Shown here: piece after piece, positions 19,550 through 28,940 of the stretch
Layout of the letters: every line of letters starts with the position of its first letter
Position numbering within the stretch: position 1 is the stretch's first letter
Assembly (NCBI GenBank): GCA_965205975.1
Contig: OZ242195.1
Span: 3,488,001 to 3,552,000 of the forward strand
Direction: 5' to 3'
Source: Candidatus Latescibacterota bacterium
GTDB lineage: Bacteria; Latescibacterota; UBA2968
DNA: 64,000 nucleotides
Made by a program: the position numbers and the translations under genes
The notes under the pieces: generated by a model
Told to the model about the DNA's origin: nothing
Database searches by the model: none
What the model saw: only the letters and a program-made list of their open reading frames with translations

Positions 19550-20800
19550 ATGGCAAAAACACACCTGACAATTGAAGGCGAAAAATTTCTAATAAACGAG
19601 AAGGTGACATATTCAGAAATCGATGGAACGAGACCCGGCGCCCATGGACTGCTAATGAATGCTCGATTCATCCAGGGTATTTTTGACGACGCGATGGAAC
19701 CCGAACGCTTTGCGCGGTGGGGCCACAGCGAATGGGATCCCATGGCCAATACCGAGCGCCTCATTGCGGCACTGCCCGAATGGTATCGCTATGGACTGCG
19801 CGCATTCACAACCGGATTCCAGGGTGGCGGCCCGTGTTTTACAGCACCAAATCACACGATCCAGAACAATCCCTTTGGCGAAGACGGCCTGACATTAGAC
19901 GCCGACTACGCCGAGCGGATGGACAAATTGATCCGAGGAGCAGATGCAGTTGGTATGATCGTCATCGTCAGCTTCTTTTACGGCTCGCAAACCCGCTGGC
20001 TAAAAGATGAAAAAGCCATCCGCAACGCCGTAACAACCGCCTCGCATTTTGTGAAAGAATATCCCAACGTCATCATCGAAGTCGCAAACGAGATGAATAT
20101 TGGATCATTTGCAAATCATCCCATCATTCAAAAACCCGAAGGAATGGTAACTTTATTGGACCTTGCAAGAAAAGAATCGGGCGGCTTGCCCTGTGGGTGT
20201 AGTGGAGGCGGCAGCTATCGCAACCGGGAAGTCGCAGAAGCCAGCGACATCATCCTCATTCACGGAAATGGCTGCACGCGGCAGCGATATCACAACATGA
20301 TCCAGGAAGTGCAAAGCTGGAACCTGAACCGCCCCATCGTGTGCAACGAAGATTCCCAGGCCATAGGACAACTCCAGGTCGCCTATAAAACGCAAACCTC
20401 GTGGGGATATTACAACAACATGACCAAACAGGAACCACCCGCCGACTGGGGAATCACCACCGGAGAAGACACCTTCTTTGCACACCGAATGGCAGAAGGC
20501 ATAGGAATCGACACAGACCCGATTGATGACCAGTACTACCTCCAGGGCTTAGAACCCCATTGGGAATATCAGGGCCAGCGCTGGCTTCGACTCGCCAGCT
20601 TATATCCCGAAACAATCAGCTATGTCGATTTCTATCGGAATGGCAAATTCTACGATACCGCGTATGACGAACCCTTTTCCCTGCACTTTCAGACCAACTG
20701 GCGGCAAGGCGGCATCGAAGTTCAAGACAATGACCGGGAATGGAAAGCCGTTATCCACTGCGGCGATGGGGAAGTGATTGAAAAAACGGTTCAATGTTGA
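19550..20800 (+). CDS. Putative clan GH-A-like glycoside hydrolase
   Basis: IIEVANEM and PIVCNED motifs resemble the acid/base and nucleophile Glu of a TIM barrel; follows a sulfatase. Confidence 0.5.
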   Translation: MAKTHLTIEGEKFLINEKVTYSEIDGTRPGAHGLLMNARFIQGIFDDAMEPERFARWGHSEWDPMANTERLIAALPEWYRYGLRAFTTGFQGGGPCFTAPNHTIQNNPFGEDGLTLDADYAERMDKLIRGADAVGMIVIVSFFYGSQTRWLKDEKAIRNAVTTASHFVKEYPNVIIEVANEMNIGSFANHPIIQKPEGMVTLLDLARKESGGLPCGCSGGGSYRNREVAEASDIILIHGNGCTRQRYHNMIQEVQSWNLNRPIVCNEDSQAIGQLQVAYKTQTSWGYYNNMTKQEPPADWGITTGEDTFFAHRMAEGIGIDTDPIDDQYYLQGLEPHWEYQGQRWLRLASLYPETISYVDFYRNGKFYDTAYDEPFSLHFQTNWRQGGIEVQDNDREWKAVIHCGDGEVIEKTVQC

Positions 20801-20804
20801 AAAA

Positions 20805-20907
20805 AGACGAATAGACGAATAGACGAATAGACGAACCCCGCTCCGCCACCCAAAATCGCTACGAGCTTCGATTCGTTGATTCGTTGATTCGTTAATTCGT
20901 TAATTCG
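20805..20907. repeat. About 100-bp element with inverted octamer tandem arms (AGACGAAT)n...(ATTCGTTG)n
   Basis: Homologous inverted copy at 59537-59635. Confidence 0.8.
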
Positions 20908-22102
20908 CATTTAAAAACTCATCCAGCGCATTCACCGCCTGGTCAATATGTTCTTTCTCAATCACCAGCGGAGGTAAAAAGCGCACCACATCTGGCCCTG
21001 CGACACATAATAGAATATCGTTATTTTCCCGAATCGCATTCATCGCATCCGCCGCCGGTATCTCCTTCAGCACTGCGCCTGCGATCAACCCACTGCCGCG
21101 AATTTCCGTCACCCCCTCGGCGTGTTTGTCTTTCAGTGCATTCAACTTCCCAAACAAATACGCACTCTTCTCCTGGATACCCGCAATAAATTCGGAATCA
21201 GATATCGTCTTAAACACCTCAATCGCCACCGCACACGACACGGGATGCGCCCCAAATGTCGCGGCATGATCCCCCGGCTCCACTGCATCGGCCACATCCT
21301 GCGTCACAAGCGTCGCCCCAATCGGCAACCCGCCAGCCAAGGGTTTCGCAAGCGTCATAATATCTGGTGCCACGCCGTACTGCTCATAGCAAAACAGCGA
21401 ACCAGCCCGCCCCAAACCGCACTGAATCTCATCGAAAATCAACAACATCTTCATCTCATCGCACAGGGCGCGCACACCCTCCAAAAATGCCGGATCTGCC
21501 GAATGAATACCCCCTTCTGCCTGTAGCGGCTCCAGCAACACAGCCACCGTCTGCCCATCTGCTATCTTCTCCACCGACTCCAAATCGTTCAAATCGGCAA
21601 ATTCAATACCCGGCAGCATCGGCCCAAATCCCTGGTGATATCTGGGTTGCCCCGTTGCAGAAATCCCGCCATACGTTCGCCCGTGAAAAGAATTATTCAT
21701 CGCGATAATTTTATTCTTAGGCGCATCTTCAAAATTCTTATACCCCCACTTGCGCACAAACTTCAGCGCAGCCTCAATGGACTCTGTCCCGCTATTGCAA
21801 AAAAACACGCGATCGGCAAACGAATGCTCGCACAACAACTGCGCCAACTGAGGTGCCGGAATCGTGTGATACAAATTTGAAACATGGATCAACTTGCCCA
21901 ACTGCGCGTTGGCAGCCTCTTGAATCATCGAATTGTTATATCCCAAAGCATTGACAGACAAGCCACTCACAAAATCGAGATAGTGCTTCCCATCCGTATC
22001 CACAATATGGACCCCATCGCCCTTTTCCAGCACAAACTCGGGCCGTCCATAGGTCTGCAAAATGTACTTCTGTTCTAAGTCAACAATTTCTCGAGTCGTC
22101 AT
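20900..22102 (-). CDS. argD: Acetylornithine aminotransferase
   Basis: FCNSGTES, FHGRT, EPLQAEGG, DEIQCGLGR, TLAKPLAGG; in arg operon. Confidence 0.92.
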   Translation of the reverse strand: MTTREIVDLEQKYILQTYGRPEFVLEKGDGVHIVDTDGKHYLDFVSGLSVNALGYNNSMIQEAANAQLGKLIHVSNLYHTIPAPQLAQLLCEHSFADRVFFCNSGTESIEAALKFVRKWGYKNFEDAPKNKIIAMNNSFHGRTYGGISATGQPRYHQGFGPMLPGIEFADLNDLESVEKIADGQTVAVLLEPLQAEGGIHSADPAFLEGVRALCDEMKMLLIFDEIQCGLGRAGSLFCYEQYGVAPDIMTLAKPLAGGLPIGATLVTQDVADAVEPGDHAATFGAHPVSCAVAIEVFKTISDSEFIAGIQEKSAYLFGKLNALKDKHAEGVTEIRGSGLIAGAVLKEIPAADAMNAIRENNDILLCVAGPDVVRFLPPLVIEKEHIDQAVNALDEFLNAN

Positions 22103-22125
22103 GCTAAATCCTTATGGTTAAAAAT

Positions 22126-23016
22126 TTACTGCACAATTTGCGTACCAATACCCTCGCGGGTAAAAATCTCCAGCAAAAGCGCGTGCGGAACACTGCCATC
22201 AATAATATGCGTCTTGTGAACACCGCCCTTCACAGAACGCTCACACGCACGCAACTTGGGAATCATCCCCCCGCTGGCAATACCTCTCTCAATCAGGGTC
22301 TCAACATCATTGACATGCAGTGTTGAAATCTGCGTATCCGGATCATCTGGAAACCGTCGGATACCATTCACATCCGTCAAAAACACCAACTTCTCCGCTT
22401 GCAATGCCCGCGCAATCTCACCTGCCGCCGTATCGGCATTCACATTATAACTCTCGCCCTCTGGCCCCAATCCAACAGGTGAAACAACGGGAATCATGCC
22501 CTCTTCACAAGCCAGACGGATGGGTTCGGGATCAATTCGGGCGACATCGCCAACATAGCCAATATCGACCCTCTTCGTCTCCCCATCTGCCTCCTCTACC
22601 GTCGCAAAATGCTTTGTCACATACATCACGCCAGCGTCTTTTGCCGACATACTGCGCGCGCGTCCATCGAGTATCTCCAAACCATCGACAATACGCCGGT
22701 TCACTTCGCCAAATAACGTATCTTCCACCACCTGCATCGACGCCTTATCCGTCACCCGCAAACCATTGACCCACTGCGATTCAATACCCGACGCCTCCAG
22801 ACGCCTGCTAATATCCTTCCCCCCGCCATGTACAACCACAGGACGCATACCCACGGTCTCCATAAACACCAGATCGGCCATTATCGTAGGAGAACCGCCC
22901 GCTTCGGGCTGTGTGCTACCGCCGTACTTCACCACAATAATTTTGTCGCGAAACTCGCGAATATACGGAAATGCCTCAATCAAAATTTCAGCCTTTTCAA
23001 TGATACTGTGATCCAT
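22126..23016 (-). CDS. argB: Acetylglutamate kinase
   Basis: VVKYGG, VHGGG, GLRVTD, NVNAD, GGMIPKL. Confidence 0.95.
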   Translation of the reverse strand: MDHSIIEKAEILIEAFPYIREFRDKIIVVKYGGSTQPEAGGSPTIMADLVFMETVGMRPVVVHGGGKDISRRLEASGIESQWVNGLRVTDKASMQVVEDTLFGEVNRRIVDGLEILDGRARSMSAKDAGVMYVTKHFATVEEADGETKRVDIGYVGDVARIDPEPIRLACEEGMIPVVSPVGLGPEGESYNVNADTAAGEIARALQAEKLVFLTDVNGIRRFPDDPDTQISTLHVNDVETLIERGIASGGMIPKLRACERSVKGGVHKTHIIDGSVPHALLLEIFTREGIGTQIVQ

Positions 23017-23233
23017 TTAACTCTCCAACGTGCGATATCAGTAGCGATAAACCTCGCAAAATCCCATAGATTCATATATATGACGTGCGGGTGAGTTATC
23101 TTCCTCAACTTGTAAATAAGCCATATTTGCGCCCGCCTTGCGATCGAATTACCCACCCATCGTGGAGCACTTGCTGCATTGGCGGACAAGCGTTTAAGCA
23201 TCTTTCTTCTATATCTCGGATCACATCGATCAT
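23017..23233 (-). pseudogene. Internally deleted GNAT acetyltransferase pseudogene
   Basis: N-terminal MIDVIRDIEERCLNACPPMQQVLHDGWVIR joined out of frame to C-terminal GANMAYLQVEEDNSPARHIYESMGFCEVYRY*YR. Confidence 0.75.
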
Positions 23234-23239
23234 GCGGAC

Positions 23240-24172
23240 TCACCCCGTCTCAATCCCATAAAGCCGCGGCAGAGCCTGCATCAAATTCATATTTTCCACA
23301 GCCTGGGTAGCTGCGCCTTTTTGCAAATTGTCTTCCAGAGCATTGATATAAGCAAAACCGTCATCAACCCCCAGCTTAATGATCAAAGCGTGTGTCCCCA
23401 CCACATCGCGCGTACCCCACCAATGCGCGTCGGAATCTTCAACCACCTGCACCAGATCGTCAGCGCCATAAGCACTTACAATCGCCTCGCGCAACTGCGC
23501 AGCGGCATCTTCATTCGCCAGCGCTTTCAAATCATCAACCAGTTCAACTCGAATATTTGCATTAATACCCGCAAACACCGACCGCAGCACAACAGGCGTA
23601 AAATTCACTTCAAACCCCGAATACAAGACCATTTCGGGCACGTGTTTGTGTCGCTTGCCATAGCTATACGCAATCTCATTCGACACATCCTCCACCTCGG
23701 CTCGCGCACCCGAATTGCCCGAAGTCGCCACAATCGTCGCTTCCCCCTGCACGAGTGCTTTGAGGGGATACAAAGACAAAATAACACTCGTGGGATAACA
23801 CCCCGGATTGCCCACCAGACGCGCCACAGCAATCTCTTTGGCAAACAAAGCCGGCATGCCATAAACCGCTTCTTTGAGCAACTCAGGCGCCGTATGCACC
23901 AGGCCATAACCCCTTTCAAACGCCTCTCTCGGCAACCGAAAAGCACCGCTCATATCGATCACCTTCGCACCGGCGGCCAGTGCCTCGGGCGCAAACTTCA
24001 TCGACTCGGGATCCTTCGTCGCCAAAAACACCACATCGCAATCGGTCAAATTGCCATCCCGGCGCCTCGAATTTTGTCGAAACGCGATATCTACCCGATC
24101 GTGGTGCTTTAACACCTTTTGGATCTCCTGCCCCACCATCCCCGTATCGCCGTAAATGCCTATTTTGATCAC
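23240..24172 (-). CDS. argC: N-acetyl-gamma-glutamyl-phosphate reductase
   Basis: VIDMSGAFRL, VGNPGCYPT, SGA, HKHVPEM, DNLQKGAA.QAV.NMN. Confidence 0.88.
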   Translation of the reverse strand: MIKIGIYGDTGMVGQEIQKVLKHHDRVDIAFRQNSRRRDGNLTDCDVVFLATKDPESMKFAPEALAAGAKVIDMSGAFRLPREAFERGYGLVHTAPELLKEAVYGMPALFAKEIAVARLVGNPGCYPTSVILSLYPLKALVQGEATIVATSGNSGARAEVEDVSNEIAYSYGKRHKHVPEMVLYSGFEVNFTPVVLRSVFAGINANIRVELVDDLKALANEDAAAQLREAIVSAYGADDLVQVVEDSDAHWWGTRDVVGTHALIIKLGVDDGFAYINALEDNLQKGAATQAVENMNLMQALPRLYGIETG

Positions 24173-24184
24173 AGCATAACCCTT

Positions 24185-24619
24185 TCAAGGTACTAAAATC
24201 TGATCTGAAATATCTGGGTAAACAGCCTTAAAATCTCGTTCATTAAAAGTTATCAAATGATCAACCTGAATCCGGTAAGCGGTATCTGCAATCAAGGCAT
24301 CGTAGGTTGCACCACCTGTAATGCCTTGTTGAGCGAGATGCACCAAAAGCGTTTTATATTCATTACCATCTGATGCAATTATTTCAAATGTGGAGACGAC
24401 ATTTTCCTGGATAAGTTGCAGTGCAGTGTTCGAAGAAATGCGTGGTTGTACTGGTAAACGCGTTAAAACAGCGTACAACTCAGCAAGTGTATGAGCCGCA
24501 ATATAGGCAGAAACATCGTCTTGTCTTGCTCGCTTTAACCATGTTAGTGCTCGAGCGTGACTGGGATGGGCTTCAACCATCGCAGCAATAAGTACAGACG
24601 TATCCAACAAAATTTTCAT
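24185..24619 (-). CDS. PIN-domain (VapC-like) toxin
   Basis: ILLDTSVL, LAELY..LT, YDALI, TFN.RDF acidic active-site pattern. Confidence 0.9.
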   Translation of the reverse strand: MKILLDTSVLIAAMVEAHPSHARALTWLKRARQDDVSAYIAAHTLAELYAVLTRLPVQPRISSNTALQLIQENVVSTFEIIASDGNEYKTLLVHLAQQGITGGATYDALIADTAYRIQVDHLITFNERDFKAVYPDISDQILVP

Positions 24620-25272
24620 AAACCAGATGTCTCCGCCAGCCCTTTCAACCGTGCTTCGCGACTTTGTTTTAACGTATTCCCAAGTGGTTGAAGTGCTTGT
24701 GAACGAATGACCAGAACATCTTCTTTACGAACTATTGGTGGATTTTCATTATTTGCAGATTTTGCCCCAACATCGCTTACTAATTGATTTGTAGATGAAG
24801 TCCTCATGTGTACCCAAATACTTTTTTCAAGACCCTGACATGCTTCTGGTGAGCGACAAAGAATAAAAATGGTATTTTCGCCAGCGAGTGTTCCAGCAAC
24901 TTCTGCCCATTCTGCTTGATCAATTGCTTCACAAACACCCTGAGCGTGTCCAGTAATTGTCTTCAAAATCAGCGTATGAGCCACTGATTCTACACCAATA
25001 ACAAAGTCTCGCAACTCACGCCTCAACAGATCGTCACCCTGTAACGACATCCGTTCTGAACCTATGGAAGTCTCTGGAATTTGATATCGAAAACCTCCTT
25101 CGCCATCAGGCACTTTTGCAATGCCCAGTTCTTTAATATCTTTTGACAGGGTCGATTGCGTAGTCGAAATCCCAACATCCTTCAACGCAGCATTCAGTTC
25201 TTCCTGGCGTGTGATAGGTCCCTCAGTAATCAGTTCTATAATTTTTTGATGGCGTTCTCTTTTTGCGCTCAT
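24616..25272 (-). CDS. argR: Arginine repressor with about 65-aa antitoxin-like C-terminal extension
   Basis: RQEEL..TQSTLSKDIKELG wHTH, LKT.TG.A..ID..GTLAGENTI; extra tail overlaps the PIN start (ATGA). Confidence 0.85.
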   Translation of the reverse strand: MSAKRERHQKIIELITEGPITRQEELNAALKDVGISTTQSTLSKDIKELGIAKVPDGEGGFRYQIPETSIGSERMSLQGDDLLRRELRDFVIGVESVAHTLILKTITGHAQGVCEAIDQAEWAEVAGTLAGENTIFILCRSPEACQGLEKSIWVHMRTSSTNQLVSDVGAKSANNENPPIVRKEDVLVIRSQALQPLGNTLKQSREARLKGLAETSGL

Positions 25273-25330
25273 AATTTTCCTCCATGTTCCGAGGTACTTT
25301 TGCCTGCATTCCGATTCTAAATGGCTGAAA

Positions 25331-25392
25331 AAAATATACCAGAAACAAACACAAGTCAAGAATAAAAATTCAAAAAAATGAATTTTTATTCC
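25331..25392 (-). promoter_or_regulatory. arg operon promoter with tandem ARG boxes
   Basis: Cores AGAATAAAAATTCA (25359-25372) and TGAATTTTTATTCC (25379-25392) next to minus-strand TTGACT...TATATT/TATTTT. Confidence 0.6.
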
Positions 25393-27725
25393 TTTTTAGC
25401 GTACTTATCCAACCACTCTGACATCTCCCACAAAACGTGCATAACCGACTCGCGCGCCCGATAGCTGTGGCTCTCGTGCGGCAACATCACCAATCGACAG
25501 ACAGCACCGTGTCCCTTGAGCGCGTTGTAAAATCGCTCGCTCTGCATGGGAAACGTACCCGAATTATTATCCGCCTCACCGTGAATGAGCAGCAAAGGCG
25601 CTTTAATTTTTGGCGCATGATTAAACGGAGACATCGTCGCATAAACATCTGCTGCCTGCCAGAACGTGCGCTCTTCTGCCTGAAAACCAAAAGGCGTCAA
25701 CGTGCGGTTATACGCGCCACTGCGCGCAATACCACAGCAAAACAAATCGGTATGCGCCAGCAAATTCGCCGTCATAAAACCGCCGTAGGAGTGTCCCCCC
25801 ACCGCCACTTTTTTGGGATCGGCCACGCCCAAACGCACCAGTTCATCAACCGCGGCCTTTGCACTATCGGCAAGCTGCTCGATATAAGTATCATTTGCCT
25901 CGCGATCTCCCTCCCCCACAATCGGCATCGCCGGACCATCCAGCACAGCATAACCCCGCGCCAAAAAAGGCAACGCGCCGTGCTGACTGATACGCACAAA
26001 TCGAAAAGGAGAATCCTTCACCTGACCCGCGGCATCTGCACTCTTAAATTCGCGGGGATAAGCCCACATCAGCACAGGCAACGGACCATCGGCTCTTTTA
26101 TATCCGGGCGGCAAATACAACGTCCCATTCAACTGCACCCCATCTTTGCGCTGGTACTGAACCAGCGACTTCTCCACCGCCTTCAACTGCGGCATCGGAT
26201 GAACAAAATGCGTGAGCTGCCGCATATCATTGCGCTGCAAATCCCGCACATAATAATTGGTCGGCTCATCAACACTCTCCCGGCTCATCAACACCGTATT
26301 GGCATCTATCATCGTCGTTGGCCGCTCGTAAAACGGCGCCTGGGAATGCATGAGACGTTCCGACTTACCCGTCTCCAGATCATAGCGGTCCAAAAACGGG
26401 CGATCGCCTTTGGGCGACGCACCATCACCTGCAAAAAACATATAGCGTTGCGACGCATCGGTCAGCAACACAGACCGCCCATTGGGCAACCGCGTAAACA
26501 CAGGTGCGCCCGGCGCGCCATAGCGATCTTCCCACGACCGATCAAACAACACCTGCGGTTCAAAATCCGAATCATCCGGGCGAATGCGCCACGTACGCAC
26601 GCGCCGCGTCTTCCACCAGCGCTCTGAAACCAACGCGAGATCACCCGTCCCCCACGAACACCCACCATAGCGCATCGCCAGCGACATAAGCACGCGCCCA
26701 TCACCCTCATAAGGCGCGTCGAGCGCATATACAATATCCCGTACCGCCACATCCACCTCGGGATCGCCGCCATCCTGTGCCACAACCCACGTCACGGTCG
26801 CAGGCGCGTCTGCGCGCCACCCAAACGAACGCGCACCTTCGGGCACGGCATCATAAGCAATCGGAATAGACTCGGCCAATGGCAAATCGACAAGTTCGCG
26901 CACCTCGCGCCCGTCCAGACCCCAGATCGCCACCTTTGTCGGAAAACGATACGAAGGCACCAGATACGAAAACGGTCGGTGAAAAGTCGATACCAGCACA
27001 TAACGACCATCTGGCGATGGATCGGCGCGATAGATCAGCCCGGGAGAACCCAGAGGTCTCACATCGCCATTCAGGCGCACAAGAGCAACCTGCGAAGTAG
27101 CATAATATTCAAATAACAACTCATCATGGGCATTCTTCAACAAATCTTGATACGTGCGCGATGGTGCTGCCCGTTCGCCCACATTTTCCTGAATCACCGG
27201 ACCTCTGGGCACATGCGAAGCCTCGGGCGGCTCACCCCGACCATCACACACCGCGCGCACCAACAGCCCCGAACTATCCGGCAACCAGACCATAGCCCCA
27301 CCAAAAACCTGATTCAATTTCACATCGCCAACCGGATGCGCCCTGCCAGTCTCCGAATTGCCGACCCACAGATCAATCCCATTATCACCTGTCAACGAAA
27401 AAGCAAACCACTGTCCATCGGGCGCCCAATAAGCCCGTCCAATTCTCGCATCCTTCGGCAACCCCGTCACAGGTAATTCACGACCATCGGCAACCCACTT
27501 GAGCGTCAGCCCATTGTAAAATCCCACGCGACTTTGCCCATTCACATCCGGATCCAGGCGCAAACCCGCCAGACGCAACTCGGACTGCGACACCTCCTCA
27601 ATAGACGGTGCGCCCGGACGGTGCATCAACAGCAGCACTGTCCTCGTCGGATCAATACTAAACGAAGGCGTCAAAGGCGCGTCAACAATCGCGGCGAGTT
27701 CCTCGGGTGGCATCTCGTAAGACAT
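25386..27725 (-). CDS. S9 family peptidase (glutamyl peptidase-like)
   Basis: Beta-propeller region plus GGHSYGG, DNNSGT, ESHSY catalytic triad. Confidence 0.9.
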   Translation of the reverse strand: MSYEMPPEELAAIVDAPLTPSFSIDPTRTVLLLMHRPGAPSIEEVSQSELRLAGLRLDPDVNGQSRVGFYNGLTLKWVADGRELPVTGLPKDARIGRAYWAPDGQWFAFSLTGDNGIDLWVGNSETGRAHPVGDVKLNQVFGGAMVWLPDSSGLLVRAVCDGRGEPPEASHVPRGPVIQENVGERAAPSRTYQDLLKNAHDELLFEYYATSQVALVRLNGDVRPLGSPGLIYRADPSPDGRYVLVSTFHRPFSYLVPSYRFPTKVAIWGLDGREVRELVDLPLAESIPIAYDAVPEGARSFGWRADAPATVTWVVAQDGGDPEVDVAVRDIVYALDAPYEGDGRVLMSLAMRYGGCSWGTGDLALVSERWWKTRRVRTWRIRPDDSDFEPQVLFDRSWEDRYGAPGAPVFTRLPNGRSVLLTDASQRYMFFAGDGASPKGDRPFLDRYDLETGKSERLMHSQAPFYERPTTMIDANTVLMSRESVDEPTNYYVRDLQRNDMRQLTHFVHPMPQLKAVEKSLVQYQRKDGVQLNGTLYLPPGYKRADGPLPVLMWAYPREFKSADAAGQVKDSPFRFVRISQHGALPFLARGYAVLDGPAMPIVGEGDREANDTYIEQLADSAKAAVDELVRLGVADPKKVAVGGHSYGGFMTANLLAHTDLFCCGIARSGAYNRTLTPFGFQAEERTFWQAADVYATMSPFNHAPKIKAPLLLIHGEADNNSGTFPMQSERFYNALKGHGAVCRLVMLPHESHSYRARESVMHVLWEMSEWLDKYAKKE

Positions 27726-27739
27726 AGTTTCCCTCTCCC

Positions 27740-28867
27740 CTAAAACCATCTCTTGTAATAAAACGGACTATTTTCATCCTCATTCAACTGCTTCACCACC
27801 TCGTAGAACCACATATCCAGCGGCATCTCGTGTGCATCCAATCGCGGAAAGGGATTAAAATCATCGGTCGCCAGCGTCTTGCCAATCGTATCCAGCATCC
27901 CCAAACCCAACTCCGGCACATCCACGCGCTGGATACCCGCCTTCTCCATCAATTTATCATACACATAAGACATCGTCGTACCGCCCGGAATAAACGGCAA
28001 AGCGCGCGTCCGCATCACTGGAAAAAACACATTCACCACCTTCCGGTCTGTACCATAAGCCTCAGAAGTCGCCGCTTGAATCGCATCCTTGGGCAAATAC
28101 AAACTCGTCGAATACGCGCCATTGCGCCCGTATTCCACCGCTGCTGGATCGCGACTCGGCTTATCCAGACTACCGCGCCAATCGCAAAAAGCCGTCACAG
28201 CCACGGAAATTCCCGAATCCATCAGCACATCTGTAAACTGCACAGCCATATCGCCCATCACAAATTTGGTCGCCTCAACAGCCCGCTCAGACAAAGGCGT
28301 CAACTGCCACTGGAACAAACCCTCTGCATCGACATCCTTCACAAATGTCGGGGGATAACCCGGCAAAATCCCCGAACTCGCTGCTGCCGTAGAATTGACA
28401 TAAATCACATCCTCTGCATCGGCTGCTTTGAGCGCATCCACAATTTTATCCAACGCCCGTCCCTCCAATGCGTACCCATCATTAATCCAGTGAAAACGGT
28501 CGCCAAAACCAGTTGCGCGCATCTGCATCTCCTCACCCGTCGCATATCCCAGCGACCTCGACAAATCGCGTGCCACCACCGTCAGACTACCACTTTCGGC
28601 AACCAGATCGAGCAACGCAGTCGCCACCGAACAACCAATGCCCAACCCCGTCCCCCCAACAATCACAAAATGTCGTCCCTTTGCCCAATCGAGCGCGTAC
28701 CGATCCACAGCAACGCGCTGTGCCGACTGCCGCTGATCCAGCAATTTAACCGCCTCTGCCGGAAATGCCTCAACCTCTTCTTTGCTCGGTCGCGAAACCG
28801 CCGGCGCGCCTTCCACGACACGCACACCCGGCATCGGATTTGCAAACGGACTTGGAAATTCACTCAT
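27740..28867 (-). CDS. Hypothetical Rossmann protein, divergent FabV/trans-2-enoyl reductase-like
   Basis: VIVGGTGLGIG, INDGYA, YVNSTAA, ATKFVMG, TRALPFIPG follow the FabV motif order. Confidence 0.45.
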   Translation of the reverse strand: MSEFPSPFANPMPGVRVVEGAPAVSRPSKEEVEAFPAEAVKLLDQRQSAQRVAVDRYALDWAKGRHFVIVGGTGLGIGCSVATALLDLVAESGSLTVVARDLSRSLGYATGEEMQMRATGFGDRFHWINDGYALEGRALDKIVDALKAADAEDVIYVNSTAAASSGILPGYPPTFVKDVDAEGLFQWQLTPLSERAVEATKFVMGDMAVQFTDVLMDSGISVAVTAFCDWRGSLDKPSRDPAAVEYGRNGAYSTSLYLPKDAIQAATSEAYGTDRKVVNVFFPVMRTRALPFIPGGTTMSYVYDKLMEKAGIQRVDVPELGLGMLDTIGKTLATDDFNPFPRLDAHEMPLDMWFYEVVKQLNEDENSPFYYKRWF

Positions 28868-28886
28868 AATTATTTCTCCTGGTAAC

Positions 28887-28937
28887 GGGCGGGTTTCGAG
28901 CGTTGTACAACTGCGTAGCAGTTCAACCCGCCCCTAC
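28887..28937. repeat. GTAG-type REP variant with internal hairpin
   Basis: GGGCGGGTT...AACCCGCCCCTAC with an inner AACTGC..GCAGTT stem. Confidence 0.7.
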
Positions 28938-28940
28938 ATC

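Noticed and set aside
23321..28885. Long plus-strand ORFs (263, 396, 351 aa) opposite argC, the peptidase and the FabV-like gene
   Set aside because: Antisense shadows of real genes with no recognisable motifs.
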